From the NCBI RefSeq assembly GCF_964204645.1, contig NC_134034.1:2931814-2995813 (forward strand): DNA of 64,000 nucleotides, in the 5' to 3' direction. The notes under the pieces are model-generated. The model did not search any database and was not told the DNA's origin. It saw only the letters and a program-made list of their open reading frames with translations. Both the position numbers and the translations under genes were made by a program. This stretch comes from Tubulanus polymorphus (Eukaryota > Animalia > Nemertea). Positions 63,393 to 64,000 of this stretch are shown here, piece by piece; the first letter of the stretch is position 1; each line of letters starts with the position of its first letter.

Positions 63393-64000
63393 ATTTGTTA
63401 GACTCCAAACATTTTTAAAGGTAACGGCATTTGTCACGAAGCGGTATCTCAAAAGGAACTATATCAATGCAGCTTCAAAGGAAGCGCTCTCCAACCACGC
63501 TATCGATCTGTTGTTTTTAAATATCATTGACTGTATCGCGTCGCAAGGCCCATCCCTACCCGAGGCAGATGGCCGCTAATGGAATACATTTGACGGGTAT
63601 ACTTAACTAGATCTGAACGCGCTGCGTAAATTCCCACAACTCGGAAACAATATTCGACATCTTTACCCTTTTGTCGGTGCGGTTTTTTAGATCGGCGAAA
63701 ACTTTTGAAGTTTTGAATCGCGCCCGACTGAAATATCAGCTCTATATAGCGCGGGCGACCGATGTCGATTCTTTGGCTTGTCAAAATATTTTTGCATACT
63801 ATACCGCTGAGTCGCCTGGGGGTATAGGAAGGGGTCGTTGTTTAATGAAACGATCCGAATAACTGATATTTGACATTTCGATCAAAAAGCCACTCTGTTT
63901 TGTTTGATCCGATCGATATTTCAGGGCCGCCAAACGATAGCGCGCCGCGTGCAACGAGAATAATCGACATTTTTCGTGAAAATAAAAAGGTTTTCGACGG

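Overview
This is eukaryotic, intron-rich DNA from an invertebrate animal (GT-AG introns, U1 snRNA, Toll-like receptor), not a prokaryotic locus. Six spliced protein-coding genes can be assembled by eye: (1) the 3' half of an IA-2/PTPRN(2)-type receptor pseudophosphatase (+); (2) a two-domain cyclic-nucleotide-binding protein (-); (3) a Toll-like receptor (+); (4) a mannose-6-phosphate-receptor/ATG27-like MRH membrane protein (+); (5) a secreted C-type lectin with a poly-Asp tail (-); (6) a secreted legumain/C13-fold protein lacking its catalytic dyad (-). There is also a variant U1 snRNA, tRNA-derived SINE heads, piggyBac-type TTAA MITEs and many minisatellites. The most striking non-coding signal is a 69-bp tandem array (4233-4748) whose minus strand is a chain of minimal type I hammerhead ribozymes of the Penelope-associated kind. 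Related solo, mostly crippled, copies and a 166-bp palindrome occur elsewhere in the window. Other highlights are an apparent internal CRE-rich promoter and alternative coding exon predicting a membrane-anchor-less IA-2 isoform, and loss of key functional residues in the TLR, the MRH protein, the lectin and the C13 protein. All exon boundaries and family assignments were made by manual reading, without database searches.
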